Source: a virus
Taxonomy: Duplodnaviria; Caudoviricetes
Reading direction: 5' to 3' (one strand)
IMG/VR virus record: IMGVR_UViG_3300021339_000008
Location: 1 to 53,951 of that record
Length of the DNA stretch: 53,951 bases
This document shows positions 25,500 through 34,778 of this stretch, in pieces. The notes under the pieces were generated by a model. That model was not told the DNA's origin. It worked only from the letters and a program-made list of their open reading frames with translations, and did no database searches. The translations under genes and the position numbers were made by a program. Position 1 is the stretch's first letter. Every line of letters begins with the position of its first letter.

Positions 25500-25714
25500 G
25501 CGACCTCGTGGCGCGCGCGGAGCGTGAGCACTTCGACCGGGTGGTCGCCGCCCTGTCCGCGGTCGAGTCGGCGCTCGCCCAGTCGCCGCCGTTCGGCCAC
25601 CAGGACCAAGGGCGCCAGGCCCTGCGGTCCGCCGTGGACCTGCTCACCCGGGCCCGCCTGTACGCCGACGTACACCTCGACGTCGCCGAGCAGCGAGCTG
25701 GAGCGGCGTCATGA
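25496..25714 (+). CDS. Hypothetical protein
   Basis: GTGA coupling. Confidence 0.55.
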   Translation: MSDLVARAEREHFDRVVAALSAVESALAQSPPFGHQDQGRQALRSAVDLLTRARLYADVHLDVAEQRAGAAS

Positions 25715-25950
25715 CCGCGGTCCTCGCCCTGGCCCTGGCCACCGCCGGGTTCGCCCTCACCGGCGCCCCCGACGCCAAGGCCCGCCTGCTCGGTACCGCG
25801 CTGTGCCTCGCCGCCGGTGTCGTCGTGTGCCGCCGCTGGGAGCGCTACCGGAGGGCCGCCCGTGTGGACCACCACCGCAGCCTCGCTACTGATCCTGACC
25901 GCCGCCGCGCTGACCTCATGGCCGCTCCTGGAGGCGACCGTGACCACTGA
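25711..25950 (+). CDS. Small membrane protein
   Basis: ATGA coupling; two hydrophobic segments. Confidence 0.55.
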   Translation: MTAVLALALATAGFALTGAPDAKARLLGTALCLAAGVVVCRRWERYRRAARVDHHRSLATDPDRRRADLMAAPGGDRDH

Positions 25951-26461
25951 CACCGCGCACGGTCTCACCCGCTGCGCCGCCCACACCCTGCCCATCTACC
26001 CCACCCAGGCCGCGGCCGACGCCGAGGTGATCCGCCGCAAGACGCGCGCCGCCATCTCCGGCTCGGCCCCACCGCAGGTCGTCGCACAGGAGTGCACCGG
26101 CGGCGGCTGGCACGTCCACCGGCCCATCAAGCCCGTCCGGGCCGGCGTCCTCACCGACCGCGAACCCTGCCGCGCCTACGCCCGCCGCCTGCACCAGCAC
26201 GACGGCGACTGGCGCATCAACAGCGGCTACATCGCCAGCGAAACCGTTCCCCGCGACAACCCGTGCGGGGTGTGCCAGAAGTACGGCCGCTGCGGCCAGG
26301 TCCACATCTCGTGGTCCCCCGCCGGCCGCGCCAGCACCGACCAGGTCGACGCCTGCACCGGGTGCGCCCCCGAGTACCTCCAGTCCGTGGTGTCGGTCGA
26401 CGCCGGCGACTGCGACGTGCACACCGACCTGATCGACGTCGAAGTGCGGCGAGTCGCGTGA
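25940..26461 (+). CDS. Hypothetical Cys-containing protein
   Basis: GGAGG RBS; two CxxC pairs. Confidence 0.6.
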   Translation: MTTDTAHGLTRCAAHTLPIYPTQAAADAEVIRRKTRAAISGSAPPQVVAQECTGGGWHVHRPIKPVRAGVLTDREPCRAYARRLHQHDGDWRINSGYIASETVPRDNPCGVCQKYGRCGQVHISWSPAGRASTDQVDACTGCAPEYLQSVVSVDAGDCDVHTDLIDVEVRRVA

Positions 26462-26543
26462 GCCGTCTGCCGATCAACCCGCCGCGCCCACGCCGGTACC
26501 CGGCCGTGGCCAAGCCCGGACGCAAGCCACGGCGGTGGACGTC

Positions 26544-26819
26544 ATGACCGCCACCACGGAACTGGCCGAGCCGAACGGCCCGGCGCCCGCCCAGCACCGG
26601 AAGATGCACGCGCTCTGGAAGGTCGCCGGTGTCACCGACCGCGGCGACCGGCTCGCCCTCACCGGCCAGATCGTCGGCCGCGAACTCGCCACCTCGAACG
26701 ACCTCGACAGCCGCGACGCCAACGCGGTCATCGAGTACCTCGTGCAGCTCGACGAGGCCGGCGTCCTCGCCAGCAAAGCCGCCGGATGGCTCGCCGAGCA
26801 CCGGCGGGCCGCCGCATGA
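26544..26819 (+). CDS. Small helical protein resembling recombinase C-terminal domains
   Basis: QHRKMHAL...DR..RL....VGREL..SNDL...A..VI. Confidence 0.65.
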   Translation: MTATTELAEPNGPAPAQHRKMHALWKVAGVTDRGDRLALTGQIVGRELATSNDLDSRDANAVIEYLVQLDEAGVLASKAAGWLAEHRRAAA

Positions 26820-27730
26820 CGACCACGGCACGCACCGTCATCACCGAAGCCGGCGTGTACGACGGCATGTCCGACGACGTCTACCACAGCGACCCCGTCC
26901 CGGCCGGTTCCCTGTCCAGCACCGGCGCGCGGCGGCTCCTGCTGCCGTCCTGCCCGGCGCTGTACCGCCACGACCAGCTCGTCGGCCAGCCACACAAACG
27001 CGAGTTCGACATCGGCCACGCCGCGCACTACCTCGCGCTCGGCGCCGGCCCCGAACTGGCCGTCATCGACGCCGACGACTGGCGCACCAAAGCGGCCAGG
27101 GCGGACCGCGACGCCGCCTACGCCAAGGGCGAGGTGCCCGTGCTCGCCCACGAATACGACGTCGTCGAGGAGATGGCGACCGTCCTCCGCGAGCACCCGG
27201 TCGCCGGGGGGCTGTTCGACCCCGCCGGGGGGAAGCCCGAGCAGTCCCTGTTCTGGGTCGACCAGCCCACCGGGGTGTGGCGGCGGGCCCGCCTGGACTG
27301 GCTGCCGCACCCGCGCGACACCGGCCGGTTGATCATCCCCGACTACAAGACCTGCAAGTCCGCCGAACCGGCCGCGCTGTCGCGCGCGATGGAGAACTTC
27401 GGTCTGTACCAGCAGGCCCCGTACTACCTCGACGGAGTCGAGGCATTGAACCTGTCACCGAATGGTGAAGCGGCATTCGTCTTCGTGTTCCAGATGAAGA
27501 CGCGACCCTATTTGGTGACCATTTGCCAGCCCGACCCAATGGCGATGCGCTACGGCCGCCTACGGAATCGCAAGGCCCTTGACGTGTTCGCGCAGTGCCA
27601 GGCCACCGGGACGTGGCCCGGCTACGCCGACACCGTCATCAGCCTCCCGCTGCCGCCCTGGGCTGAGCGGCAGCACGAAGCCGCGTTCGAACGCGGCGAC
27701 TACGAGCCCGAGATGAGGAAGTCCGCATGA
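26816..27730 (+). CDS. RecE-like exonuclease VIII (DUF3799, PD-(D/E)XK)
   Basis: YH.DP...SLSSTG, G.AAH, EQSLFW, RARLDW, DYKT, YQQAPYY. Confidence 0.88.
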   Translation: MTTTARTVITEAGVYDGMSDDVYHSDPVPAGSLSSTGARRLLLPSCPALYRHDQLVGQPHKREFDIGHAAHYLALGAGPELAVIDADDWRTKAARADRDAAYAKGEVPVLAHEYDVVEEMATVLREHPVAGGLFDPAGGKPEQSLFWVDQPTGVWRRARLDWLPHPRDTGRLIIPDYKTCKSAEPAALSRAMENFGLYQQAPYYLDGVEALNLSPNGEAAFVFVFQMKTRPYLVTICQPDPMAMRYGRLRNRKALDVFAQCQATGTWPGYADTVISLPLPPWAERQHEAAFERGDYEPEMRKSA

Positions 27731-28248
27731 ACATCGACGTGACCGTGTCGGAAGTCGACCTGGCCAGCGAGGTCGGGACCCGCTACGACAACGACGGGGA
27801 CCAGGTCCCCATGACGCTGGCCGACAAGGTGGCCGCTCGGATCGCCGCCGACCTGCGCAAGGACCAGTCGTACGGCGATCTGCGCCGCGAGGTCTTGCAG
27901 CTGCGGACCGAGGAGGTGCGCCGTCAGCTGGAGCCGATCGTCGCGGAGGCCATCAGCGGCGAGCTCGTGCAGACCAACCAGTTCGGCGACCCGATGGGCA
28001 AGCCGACGACGTTGCGGGAGCTGATCCTCAAGGAGGTCGGCGCGTACCTGAAGCGGCAGCACGAGTCCGGCTACCGCAGCACCGGGCAGACGGTCGTGCA
28101 GAAGTTCGTCCAGGACGCGGTCGACACGGTCATCAAGAAGGAGCTGGCCGAGGCGATCGTCGAGGAGAAGGCCAAGGTCGTCGCCGCTGTCCGCGCTGCC
28201 GCCGCTGACCTGATCGCCGACGCCGTGAAGCAGGGAGTCGGCCGATGA
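27727..28248 (+). CDS. Hypothetical helical protein
   Basis: ATGA coupling on both sides. Confidence 0.7.
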   Translation: MNIDVTVSEVDLASEVGTRYDNDGDQVPMTLADKVAARIAADLRKDQSYGDLRREVLQLRTEEVRRQLEPIVAEAISGELVQTNQFGDPMGKPTTLRELILKEVGAYLKRQHESGYRSTGQTVVQKFVQDAVDTVIKKELAEAIVEEKAKVVAAVRAAAADLIADAVKQGVGR

Positions 28249-29381
28249 GCGAGATCGCACTCCCGCACACCGGCCGCACCACGCAGGCCACCCAGATCGA
28301 ACAGTCCCGCGTCATCGCCGAGGTCCAGGGCGCCATCGTCGTCGCCCAACAGTGCCCCCGGAACCTCCAGGCCGCCATGGCCGCGATGCAGGACTCCTGC
28401 AAGATGCAGGCCCTCGCCGAGCGCGCCTTCTTCCGCTTCCCCCGCGCCGGCCAGACCGTCACCGGACCGTCGGTCCACCTCGCCCGCGAGCTCGCCCGCT
28501 GCTGGGGCAACATCCAGTACGGCGTGTCGGAATTGTCCCGCGACGCCAACGCCGGCGAATCCGAAATGCAGGCGTCCGCATGGGATCTCCAGACCAACAC
28601 GCGCGCATCCGCAATCTTCATCGTCCCGCACAAGCGAGACACCCAGAAGGGCACGAAAGACCTCGTGGATATGCGGGACATCTACGAGAACAACGCCAAC
28701 AACGGGGCCAGGCGGGTCCGGGAATGCATTTTCGCCGTGCTGCCACCGTGGTTCAAGGAAGAGGCCATCGACCTCTGTCGGACCACGATCAAGGAAGGTG
28801 GCGGCGTGCCGCTGCCTCGGCGCATCTCGAAGATGCTCGGGAAGTTCGCCGAGCTGCGGGTGACCGAGGAGGACATCACGCGCAAACTCGGCCGGCCGTC
28901 GGATCGGTGGACCGAGTTCGACGTCGCCGACCTCACCGTGATCTACAAGAGCATCGAGCGCGGCGAGGTGCAGCGCGACGACGAGTTCCCGCCGTTCGAG
29001 GCGACCGTCACCGCGGCCGAGATCGCCCGCCAGTCGCAGCCGGCATCGAACGGTCGACGGGCCGGGAGGACCGCGACGCCGCCGGCCGCCGCCCCGCCCG
29101 ACGCTGACGCTGGCGCCGAGCCGGCGGCCACCGCCGACCAGATCGCCGAGCTGACCGGGTTCTTCACCACCCACCAGCTCGACGCTCGCTACCAGGGCAC
29201 GGTGCTCGCCGCCCTCACCGGCCGCCGGGGCGCGACGACCGCCGATCTGACCGCGGCCGCGGCGGCCGCTGTTCTGGACCACCTCCGCCGGCTCACCGGC
29301 CAGCACGCGGGTGACGACGTCGTCCGCGCCCTCGACCACCTCGTGACCGAGCTGCTCGACCAGCAGGGAGCGACGGCATGA
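28245..29381 (+). CDS. Putative single-strand annealing recombinase (RecT-like partner)
   Basis: Downstream of the exonuclease; FPRAGQTVTGPSVHLARELARCWGNI motif. Confidence 0.65.
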   Translation: MSEIALPHTGRTTQATQIEQSRVIAEVQGAIVVAQQCPRNLQAAMAAMQDSCKMQALAERAFFRFPRAGQTVTGPSVHLARELARCWGNIQYGVSELSRDANAGESEMQASAWDLQTNTRASAIFIVPHKRDTQKGTKDLVDMRDIYENNANNGARRVRECIFAVLPPWFKEEAIDLCRTTIKEGGGVPLPRRISKMLGKFAELRVTEEDITRKLGRPSDRWTEFDVADLTVIYKSIERGEVQRDDEFPPFEATVTAAEIARQSQPASNGRRAGRTATPPAAAPPDADAGAEPAATADQIAELTGFFTTHQLDARYQGTVLAALTGRRGATTADLTAAAAAAVLDHLRRLTGQHAGDDVVRALDHLVTELLDQQGATA

Positions 29382-29779
29382 CCACGACCGTCATCACCGC
29401 GGTGGCCGCGCTCATCGCCGGCGTCATCGGCCGCGACCTGTGGATCCAGGCAGGCATCGCCCTGGCCAACCGGCCGGCACACTCCCGCACCCGCGCCCTG
29501 TACCGGGCGCAGCGGATCTCCGATGTCCTCGACGACCTCGACCCCGGGCGCATCACCCGGCGGGAGCTGCGCGAGCGGACACCCCGCCTGGAGTTGACCG
29601 CCATGCCAGCCGTGGTCGAGCCCAGCCTCGACGACATCGTCACCATTCCGACCGTCGTCGCCCGTGGCCGCACCCCGGCCGACGGTGAGCGGTACGCGGC
29701 GCTGCGCCAGCAGGACGCCAACCGGGCCGCGGTGCTCGGCCTCGCCCGCCACGCGGCCGGGCAGGTGCGGATCTCATGA
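29378..29779 (+). CDS. Hypothetical protein with N-terminal TM
   Basis: ATGA coupling. Confidence 0.55.
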   Translation: MTTTVITAVAALIAGVIGRDLWIQAGIALANRPAHSRTRALYRAQRISDVLDDLDPGRITRRELRERTPRLELTAMPAVVEPSLDDIVTIPTVVARGRTPADGERYAALRQQDANRAAVLGLARHAAGQVRIS

Positions 29780-30201
29780 CCGCCCGCGACACCGACCGCA
29801 CGCTCGCCGCCATCAACCACGTCCTCGGCGTGGACGGTGAACCGACGGGACTCCGGGCCGTCGTCCATGCCGCGACCGCCGACCAACTGGACCGTGAGCA
29901 GCGGATCGTCCACCTCCACGGCGACGCCACCGCCGCACGGCAGGCCGGGCTGCCGACCATGCAGGTCGCCCCGGCCGACGTACTCATGCTCATCGACCAC
30001 GCCGACGCCTTCCGGGCGATCGCGGAGTGCGCCACCGGTCCATGCGACACCGACTACGACCTCGACTGCTCCCTCGGCTTCGACGACGCCACCTCGGCTC
30101 AGTTCCACGGCGCTCTTGTCGTGACCGCGTCAGCCGCCGCCGCTGCTCTCGCTGCCGCCCTCGCATGGGTGGGGCGACTGACCTACCGGAGGAACCGATG
30201 A
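29776..30201 (+). CDS. Hypothetical protein with C-terminal TM
   Basis: ATGA coupling. Confidence 0.55.
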   Translation: MTARDTDRTLAAINHVLGVDGEPTGLRAVVHAATADQLDREQRIVHLHGDATAARQAGLPTMQVAPADVLMLIDHADAFRAIAECATGPCDTDYDLDCSLGFDDATSAQFHGALVVTASAAAAALAAALAWVGRLTYRRNR

Positions 30202-30452
30202 GCGCCTTGTCCCTTGAGCCCGACTCCTGGGTGATCGTCCGCCACTACTCCGACAACTCGGGCTTGCTCGACACCTTCGGTCCGTTCGACAGCGAGGAAT
30301 CGGCCGAGGCCGTGAAGGGCGGCCTGGACGTTCTCGTCGCCGAGACGCTGACGGTCGACAGCACCGGCCGCCCGAGTGGTCGTCTGCGGCTCGCTGTCGC
30401 AGCAGGCCGACCTGGACGGACTGGCCGCCAGGTACCGAGAGCATGGGCATGA
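30198..30452 (+). CDS. Hypothetical protein, possibly frameshifted into 30376..30675
   Basis: GGAGG RBS, ATGA coupling; overlaps the next ORF by 77 nt. Confidence 0.5.
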   Translation: MSALSLEPDSWVIVRHYSDNSGLLDTFGPFDSEESAEAVKGGLDVLVAETLTVDSTGRPSGRLRLAVAAGRPGRTGRQVPRAWA

Positions 30453-30675
30453 CGTGCTGTCCCCTCAGCCGTCGGCCCGCTCCCGCGCGGAGCTGGACGC
30501 CGAGTGGCTGACGGCGATCGAGCGCGCCGACCTGGTGCTGGTACTGCGCAAGCCGGACGGGTCCATCGGTGCGCAGACGACGGCCGAGGTGGCCCACGCG
30601 CTGGCCTGGGACGTGCCCGTGCACTGGCTCAAGCCGCCCACCACCCCGGACGCCGATGGAGGCGAGCATGGCTGA
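30376..30675 (+). CDS. Nucleoside 2-deoxyribosyltransferase-like fold protein
   Basis: VVVCGS..GHDVLSP..IERADLVLVL..G.IG..T.AEV.HA....PV. Confidence 0.65.
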   Translation: MVVCGSLSQQADLDGLAARYREHGHDVLSPQPSARSRAELDAEWLTAIERADLVLVLRKPDGSIGAQTTAEVAHALAWDVPVHWLKPPTTPDADGGEHG

Positions 30676-31393
30676 GCAGCCCCACGAGCGCCTTGACGGC
30701 CCCGTGCACGAGTGGTTCGAGCTCTCCTATTCCAACTATCAGGTGCTGCATCGGACGTTGATGCAGTCGATGCCGCTTGGCTGGCAACGGCGGATGGTCG
30801 CCTGCCTGTCGGAGCTGCGCGCCGCGTTCCGCCACATCGAGCAGGCACCTGGCTACGAGGTCACGCCGTGCGACTGGCTCGCGCCGGTCGAGATGGGCGA
30901 GGCGGACATGCGCGCAGCCGGTGTGACGGTGGAGTGGCCATACGGCGCCGACGCCGAGCCTCTGTATCAGGACCGCGAGGGCAACGAACTGGACGCCAAC
31001 ATCGGGCGGGTGGCGGTGCCTCGCGGCGAGCCGGTTCCGCACTACGACCGTGGCCGGACGTACATCCTGCCCGCCACCCCGGACGCCGTGACCGGGCAGG
31101 GCTGCACCCTCCACCACCGCCCGGACGGGTCGATGTGGGCCCGAGTGTGGTGCCCACGCTGCGACGCGGGCGACGCCTCGGACGCCGTGACCACCCAGCC
31201 GCCCACCGACGACGACCGTGCCGCCCTCGCCGCGCAGCAAGCCGACGACGCCGACGCCCAGGAGCGGGCTGAGTCCGAGCCGGACCCCTACGACGTCGCG
31301 GCCGCTGAGGTCGAGGCGTGGGCCGATCAGCTCCGGTCCGAGCAGCACGACGAGCCCGACGCCGCGACCACCGAGGAGACCAGTCATGGCTGA
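30668..31393 (+). CDS. Conserved phage hypothetical protein
   Basis: VHEWFELSYSNYQVLHRTLMQSMP..WQ.RMV motif; GGAGG RBS. Confidence 0.7.
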   Translation: MAEQPHERLDGPVHEWFELSYSNYQVLHRTLMQSMPLGWQRRMVACLSELRAAFRHIEQAPGYEVTPCDWLAPVEMGEADMRAAGVTVEWPYGADAEPLYQDREGNELDANIGRVAVPRGEPVPHYDRGRTYILPATPDAVTGQGCTLHHRPDGSMWARVWCPRCDAGDASDAVTTQPPTDDDRAALAAQQADDADAQERAESEPDPYDVAAAEVEAWADQLRSEQHDEPDAATTEETSHG

Positions 31394-31937
31394 GCGACCG
31401 CCCGAAGGGGAGGGCCTGTGGGTCCGCTCCGACGTCCTGCCGGATGGGTCCTACTCGGTGTCGGTGTCGTGCGACGCCGACCACGCCTGGACCCTGACCC
31501 CCGCCGAGGCCGTGGCCTACGCCGCCCAGTGCGTCCGCCGCGCCACCGAGGCCGAGCACGACGCGGCGGTGCTGTCGTTGCTCGCCTCGCTCGGCATCGC
31601 CACGGTGTCGGCGGTACAGCTGGTACTCGATGACCTCCGGCCGGCCCGGCCGGCCTCAACCGGCCCGGTCGAGGTCGCCTTCGAACCGGGCGTGAACATG
31701 GCCGGGGCACCGTTCGTGGCGATCCGCCTGGCCGGCCGGCGGGTGGGGCAGCTGACGCCCGCAGAGTTGCGCGGGCACGCCGCGGGTGTGCTGCAGGCGG
31801 TGGCCGCGGTGGAGTTGGACGCCACGCTGCACCGCGTCCTCGTCGAGCGGATCCACCTCGACGGCGATCAGGCCCGCGCGGTGGTGGGCACCCTGGCGCA
31901 GCACTGGCCCCCGACCAGCGAGGGGGCCGGCCGATGA
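31386..31937 (+). CDS. Hypothetical protein with two internal LTPAE repeats
   Basis: GAGGAG RBS. Confidence 0.65.
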   Translation: MAERPPEGEGLWVRSDVLPDGSYSVSVSCDADHAWTLTPAEAVAYAAQCVRRATEAEHDAAVLSLLASLGIATVSAVQLVLDDLRPARPASTGPVEVAFEPGVNMAGAPFVAIRLAGRRVGQLTPAELRGHAAGVLQAVAAVELDATLHRVLVERIHLDGDQARAVVGTLAQHWPPTSEGAGR

Positions 31938-32254
31938 CCGTCTACGTGGACCGGTTCATCGTCTCCGTGCCGCCGAAGTGGGAGGGCGGCGGCCACCTGC
32001 TGACGTCCGACATCGAGGAGCTGCACCGGTTCGCCGCCCGCATTGGGCTGAGGCGCGCGTGGTTCCAGGACAAGACGTTCCCGCACTACGACCTCACGCG
32101 GAACAAGCGGGCATCAGCGCTGCACAACGGCGCGACGTCGATCGAGCCGGGCCAGTTCCCGGAGGACCTGCTGGTCCGCAGCCCCGACGGAACCCACGAG
32201 CCGTACGCGGCCCGCGTGGCCCGCCGTTCGACCACCGAGGGGGCGAGTACCTGA
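31934..32254 (+). CDS. DUF4031 family protein
   Basis: MTVYVD..HL.SD..ELH.FA.RIGLRR.WFQ...HYDL. Confidence 0.85.
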   Translation: MTVYVDRFIVSVPPKWEGGGHLLTSDIEELHRFAARIGLRRAWFQDKTFPHYDLTRNKRASALHNGATSIEPGQFPEDLLVRSPDGTHEPYAARVARRSTTEGAST

Positions 32255-33180
32255 TGGCCGACAAGACCGGCATCGAGTGGACCGACGCGACCTGGAACCC
32301 GACCACGGGCTGTGACCGGGTCTCGGACGGCTGCGACAACTGCTACGCCCTGACCCTCGCCGGTCGGCTCAAGGCGATGGGCTCGGCGAAGTACCAGACC
32401 GACGGGGACCCCCGGACGTCCGGTCCGGGCTTCGGGATCGCGGAGCACGCGACGACGCTCGATCAGCCGCTGCGGTGGACCAAGCCGCGCATGATCTTCG
32501 TCAACTCGATGTCCGACCTGTTCCACGACGGCGTGTCCGACGCGTTCATCGCCGAGGTGTTCTCGGTGATGGCCCGCGCGCCACGGCACACCTTCCAGGT
32601 GCTGACGAAGCGGCACGGGCGGATGCGGTCCCTGCTGAACCGGCCGTCGTTCCGCGACAACCTCGCGCATCTCGCGCCGTGGCCGCTGCCGAACGTCTGG
32701 CTCGGGGTCAGCGTCGAGGACCAGAAGCGCGCCGACCTCCGGGTGCCCGCATTGCTCGACACCCCGGCCGCTGTCCGCTGGTTGTCGTGCGAGCCGTTGC
32801 TCGGACCCGTGGACCTGGGCATCGGGGATCCGCACCGTGGCCACGACAGCGACGACGTCAACGGGCACCCGCACCCCCGGATCTGCCTGACCTGCTCGAC
32901 AGACGATCACGAGGTCGAGTACTTCCGCCGCGACCAGAGCGCCAACCCCGGCATCGACTGGCTCGTGGTTGGCGGCGAGTCCGGAGGCGCCCACGTCAGG
33001 CCGATGGACGTCGCCTGGGCGCGGTCCCTGCGGGACCAGTGCGCCGCTGTCGAGCTCCCGTTCCTGTTCAAGCAGTGGGGCCACCACGACGCCGCCGGGC
33101 AGCCGGTCGGCAAGCACGCCGCCGGGCGCACGCTCGACAGCCGGACCCACGACGACTACCCGGTGGTGGCCCGTGGCTGA
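32254..33180 (+). CDS. DUF5131 / Gp37Gp68 family three-Cys protein
   Basis: TGIEWTDATWNPTTGC.RVS.GC.NCYA, FVNSMSDLFH, GGESG, FKQWG. Confidence 0.92.
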   Translation: MADKTGIEWTDATWNPTTGCDRVSDGCDNCYALTLAGRLKAMGSAKYQTDGDPRTSGPGFGIAEHATTLDQPLRWTKPRMIFVNSMSDLFHDGVSDAFIAEVFSVMARAPRHTFQVLTKRHGRMRSLLNRPSFRDNLAHLAPWPLPNVWLGVSVEDQKRADLRVPALLDTPAAVRWLSCEPLLGPVDLGIGDPHRGHDSDDVNGHPHPRICLTCSTDDHEVEYFRRDQSANPGIDWLVVGGESGGAHVRPMDVAWARSLRDQCAAVELPFLFKQWGHHDAAGQPVGKHAAGRTLDSRTHDDYPVVARG

Positions 33181-33400
33181 CCTCGACATCGAGCGGGTGG
33201 TCGACGCGGGCGATCCCCGAGTGCCTGACGCACACACCGTGCAACCCGTGGCTTGGCTGGGCACCTGCGGCCGCTGCGGCGAGCCCTCACCCGAGGTGCG
33301 GGACAGCGAGGAAGCGGCCATGTGCGACGCGGAGGAGTGCCCGTGCTGGGCCGACGCCGCCGCTGACGGCGCGTGGGAGAACGGCCAGGTGTGCCGGTGA
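33173..33400 (+). CDS. Small Cys-rich protein
   Basis: Overlapping start; CGRC. Confidence 0.5.
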   Translation: MADLDIERVVDAGDPRVPDAHTVQPVAWLGTCGRCGEPSPEVRDSEEAAMCDAEECPCWADAAADGAWENGQVCR

Positions 33401-33717
33401 GCGCCCCGGACCCCGTGCGTGAGGGCGAGACACCCACGTTCGCCGAGTGGGTGATCATCGAACTGATGGGGCACCGCCGCCTGGGCGGGCACCTGTCCGA
33501 GCAGGAGATCGCCGGACGTGGCTTCCTGCGCCTCGACATCCCAGGCGACCCGCCGACGACGCAGTACTACAGCCCGTCGGCCGTCTACTGCATCACCCCG
33601 ACCACCGAGGGCATCGCCCGCGCAGTGGCCGCAGGCGCACGTCCAGCGCCGGTGCAGCGGTGGGAGCTGGAACCGGCCAGGACCGACAACGAGGCGGACG
33701 ATCATGGCCCCTTCTGA
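33397..33717 (+). CDS. Conserved phage hypothetical protein
   Basis: W.I.ELMGHRR..G...E.EIAG..FLR.D.P...YSPSAVYCITP. Confidence 0.75.
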   Translation: MSAPDPVREGETPTFAEWVIIELMGHRRLGGHLSEQEIAGRGFLRLDIPGDPPTTQYYSPSAVYCITPTTEGIARAVAAGARPAPVQRWELEPARTDNEADDHGPF

Positions 33718-34153
33718 CCCCGTGCGCGAGAGCGCCGCCCGTCCGCCCGTGAAGCAGGTGATCGCCCATGCGATCCACGCCGCGCTGTGCTCGGACTGCG
33801 ACCCGTCGGCGGGGACCGGCCTGACGATCCGAGCAGCTGACATCGACAAGGCAGTGCCCGCTGTCCTCGACGCCCTCACCGCCGCCGGTATCCGCCTGGC
33901 CATGCCGGGCGCCATCGTCATCCCTGCACCGCCGCCGCTCGACGACCTGCCCGGCTACTGCGACTGGTCCTGCGCGAGCACCTGGCCGGTCGCGTGGCGC
34001 TGGTACGACGGCATGTGGCTGCCCGTATGCCGCGAGCACATCACCCACGACCAGCTCACCACCGCCTGCCGTCTCCGCGTCGTGCCCTGCACGGGCGAGG
34101 CCCACCCGCATCCCGGTGTGTGCGCCGGCAATCCACCTGAGGTGATCCCGTGA
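33704..34153 (+). CDS. Hypothetical protein
   Basis: GAGG RBS; Cys pairs. Confidence 0.55.
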   Translation: MAPSDPVRESAARPPVKQVIAHAIHAALCSDCDPSAGTGLTIRAADIDKAVPAVLDALTAAGIRLAMPGAIVIPAPPPLDDLPGYCDWSCASTWPVAWRWYDGMWLPVCREHITHDQLTTACRLRVVPCTGEAHPHPGVCAGNPPEVIP

Positions 34154-34545
34154 CCTTCGTCGACCCGATCGGCCTGATCCGCTCCGCCATGGGCGACCCC
34201 GGCCAGTACTGCCCGCGCGGCGACGGCGAGTCGGTGCCTGGGTGGGGCGCTCGCGCCGCCGCGATCGCCCTGACCCGCGCGGGGGTCCGCCTGGCCATGC
34301 CGGGAGAGGTGGTGGTGCGGCTGCCGGAGATCCAGGACACGGGGACCGACTCGTCTGGAGCCGTGTGGACGCACTGCGGCCAGGCGTACGGCCAGGCTTA
34401 CCCGGATCTCGCCACCGCTGGCCTGCCCGGTCTGAGCATGACCCTGGACGACGCGCGAGCTCGCGCGTTGGAACTGCTGGCCGTCGCGGAGCACATGCAG
34501 CGCGCCACCTCCCCGGCTGAACCCACCGCGGCAGGAGACGAGTGA
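34150..34545 (+). CDS. Hypothetical protein
   Basis: GTGA coupling. Confidence 0.6.
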   Translation: MTFVDPIGLIRSAMGDPGQYCPRGDGESVPGWGARAAAIALTRAGVRLAMPGEVVVRLPEIQDTGTDSSGAVWTHCGQAYGQAYPDLATAGLPGLSMTLDDARARALELLAVAEHMQRATSPAEPTAAGDE

Positions 34546-34778
34546 TGCGCACGCAGTTCCTCCGCCCACGCCGCGGCTCCTGGCGGGATCGTCGCCTGCT
34601 CGTCTACATCGAGCTGCGTGACCTGTGGATCGGCGCGTTCGTCGCACGGGATGCCGTCTACGTCGTCCCTCTGCCGGGCCTGGTGTTCAGGTGGGATCGG
34701 GCCCTGCCTGGTTCCCTCTGGGCGGCTGAGCCCACCGACCACCCGTCCTCCCCACCCGTGGGAGGTGGGGACAGGTGA
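34542..34778 (+). CDS. Hypothetical protein
   Basis: GTGA coupling; E.RDLWIG.F...YVVPLP.LV. Confidence 0.6.
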   Translation: MMRTQFLRPRRGSWRDRRLLVYIELRDLWIGAFVARDAVYVVPLPGLVFRWDRALPGSLWAAEPTDHPSSPPVGGGDR

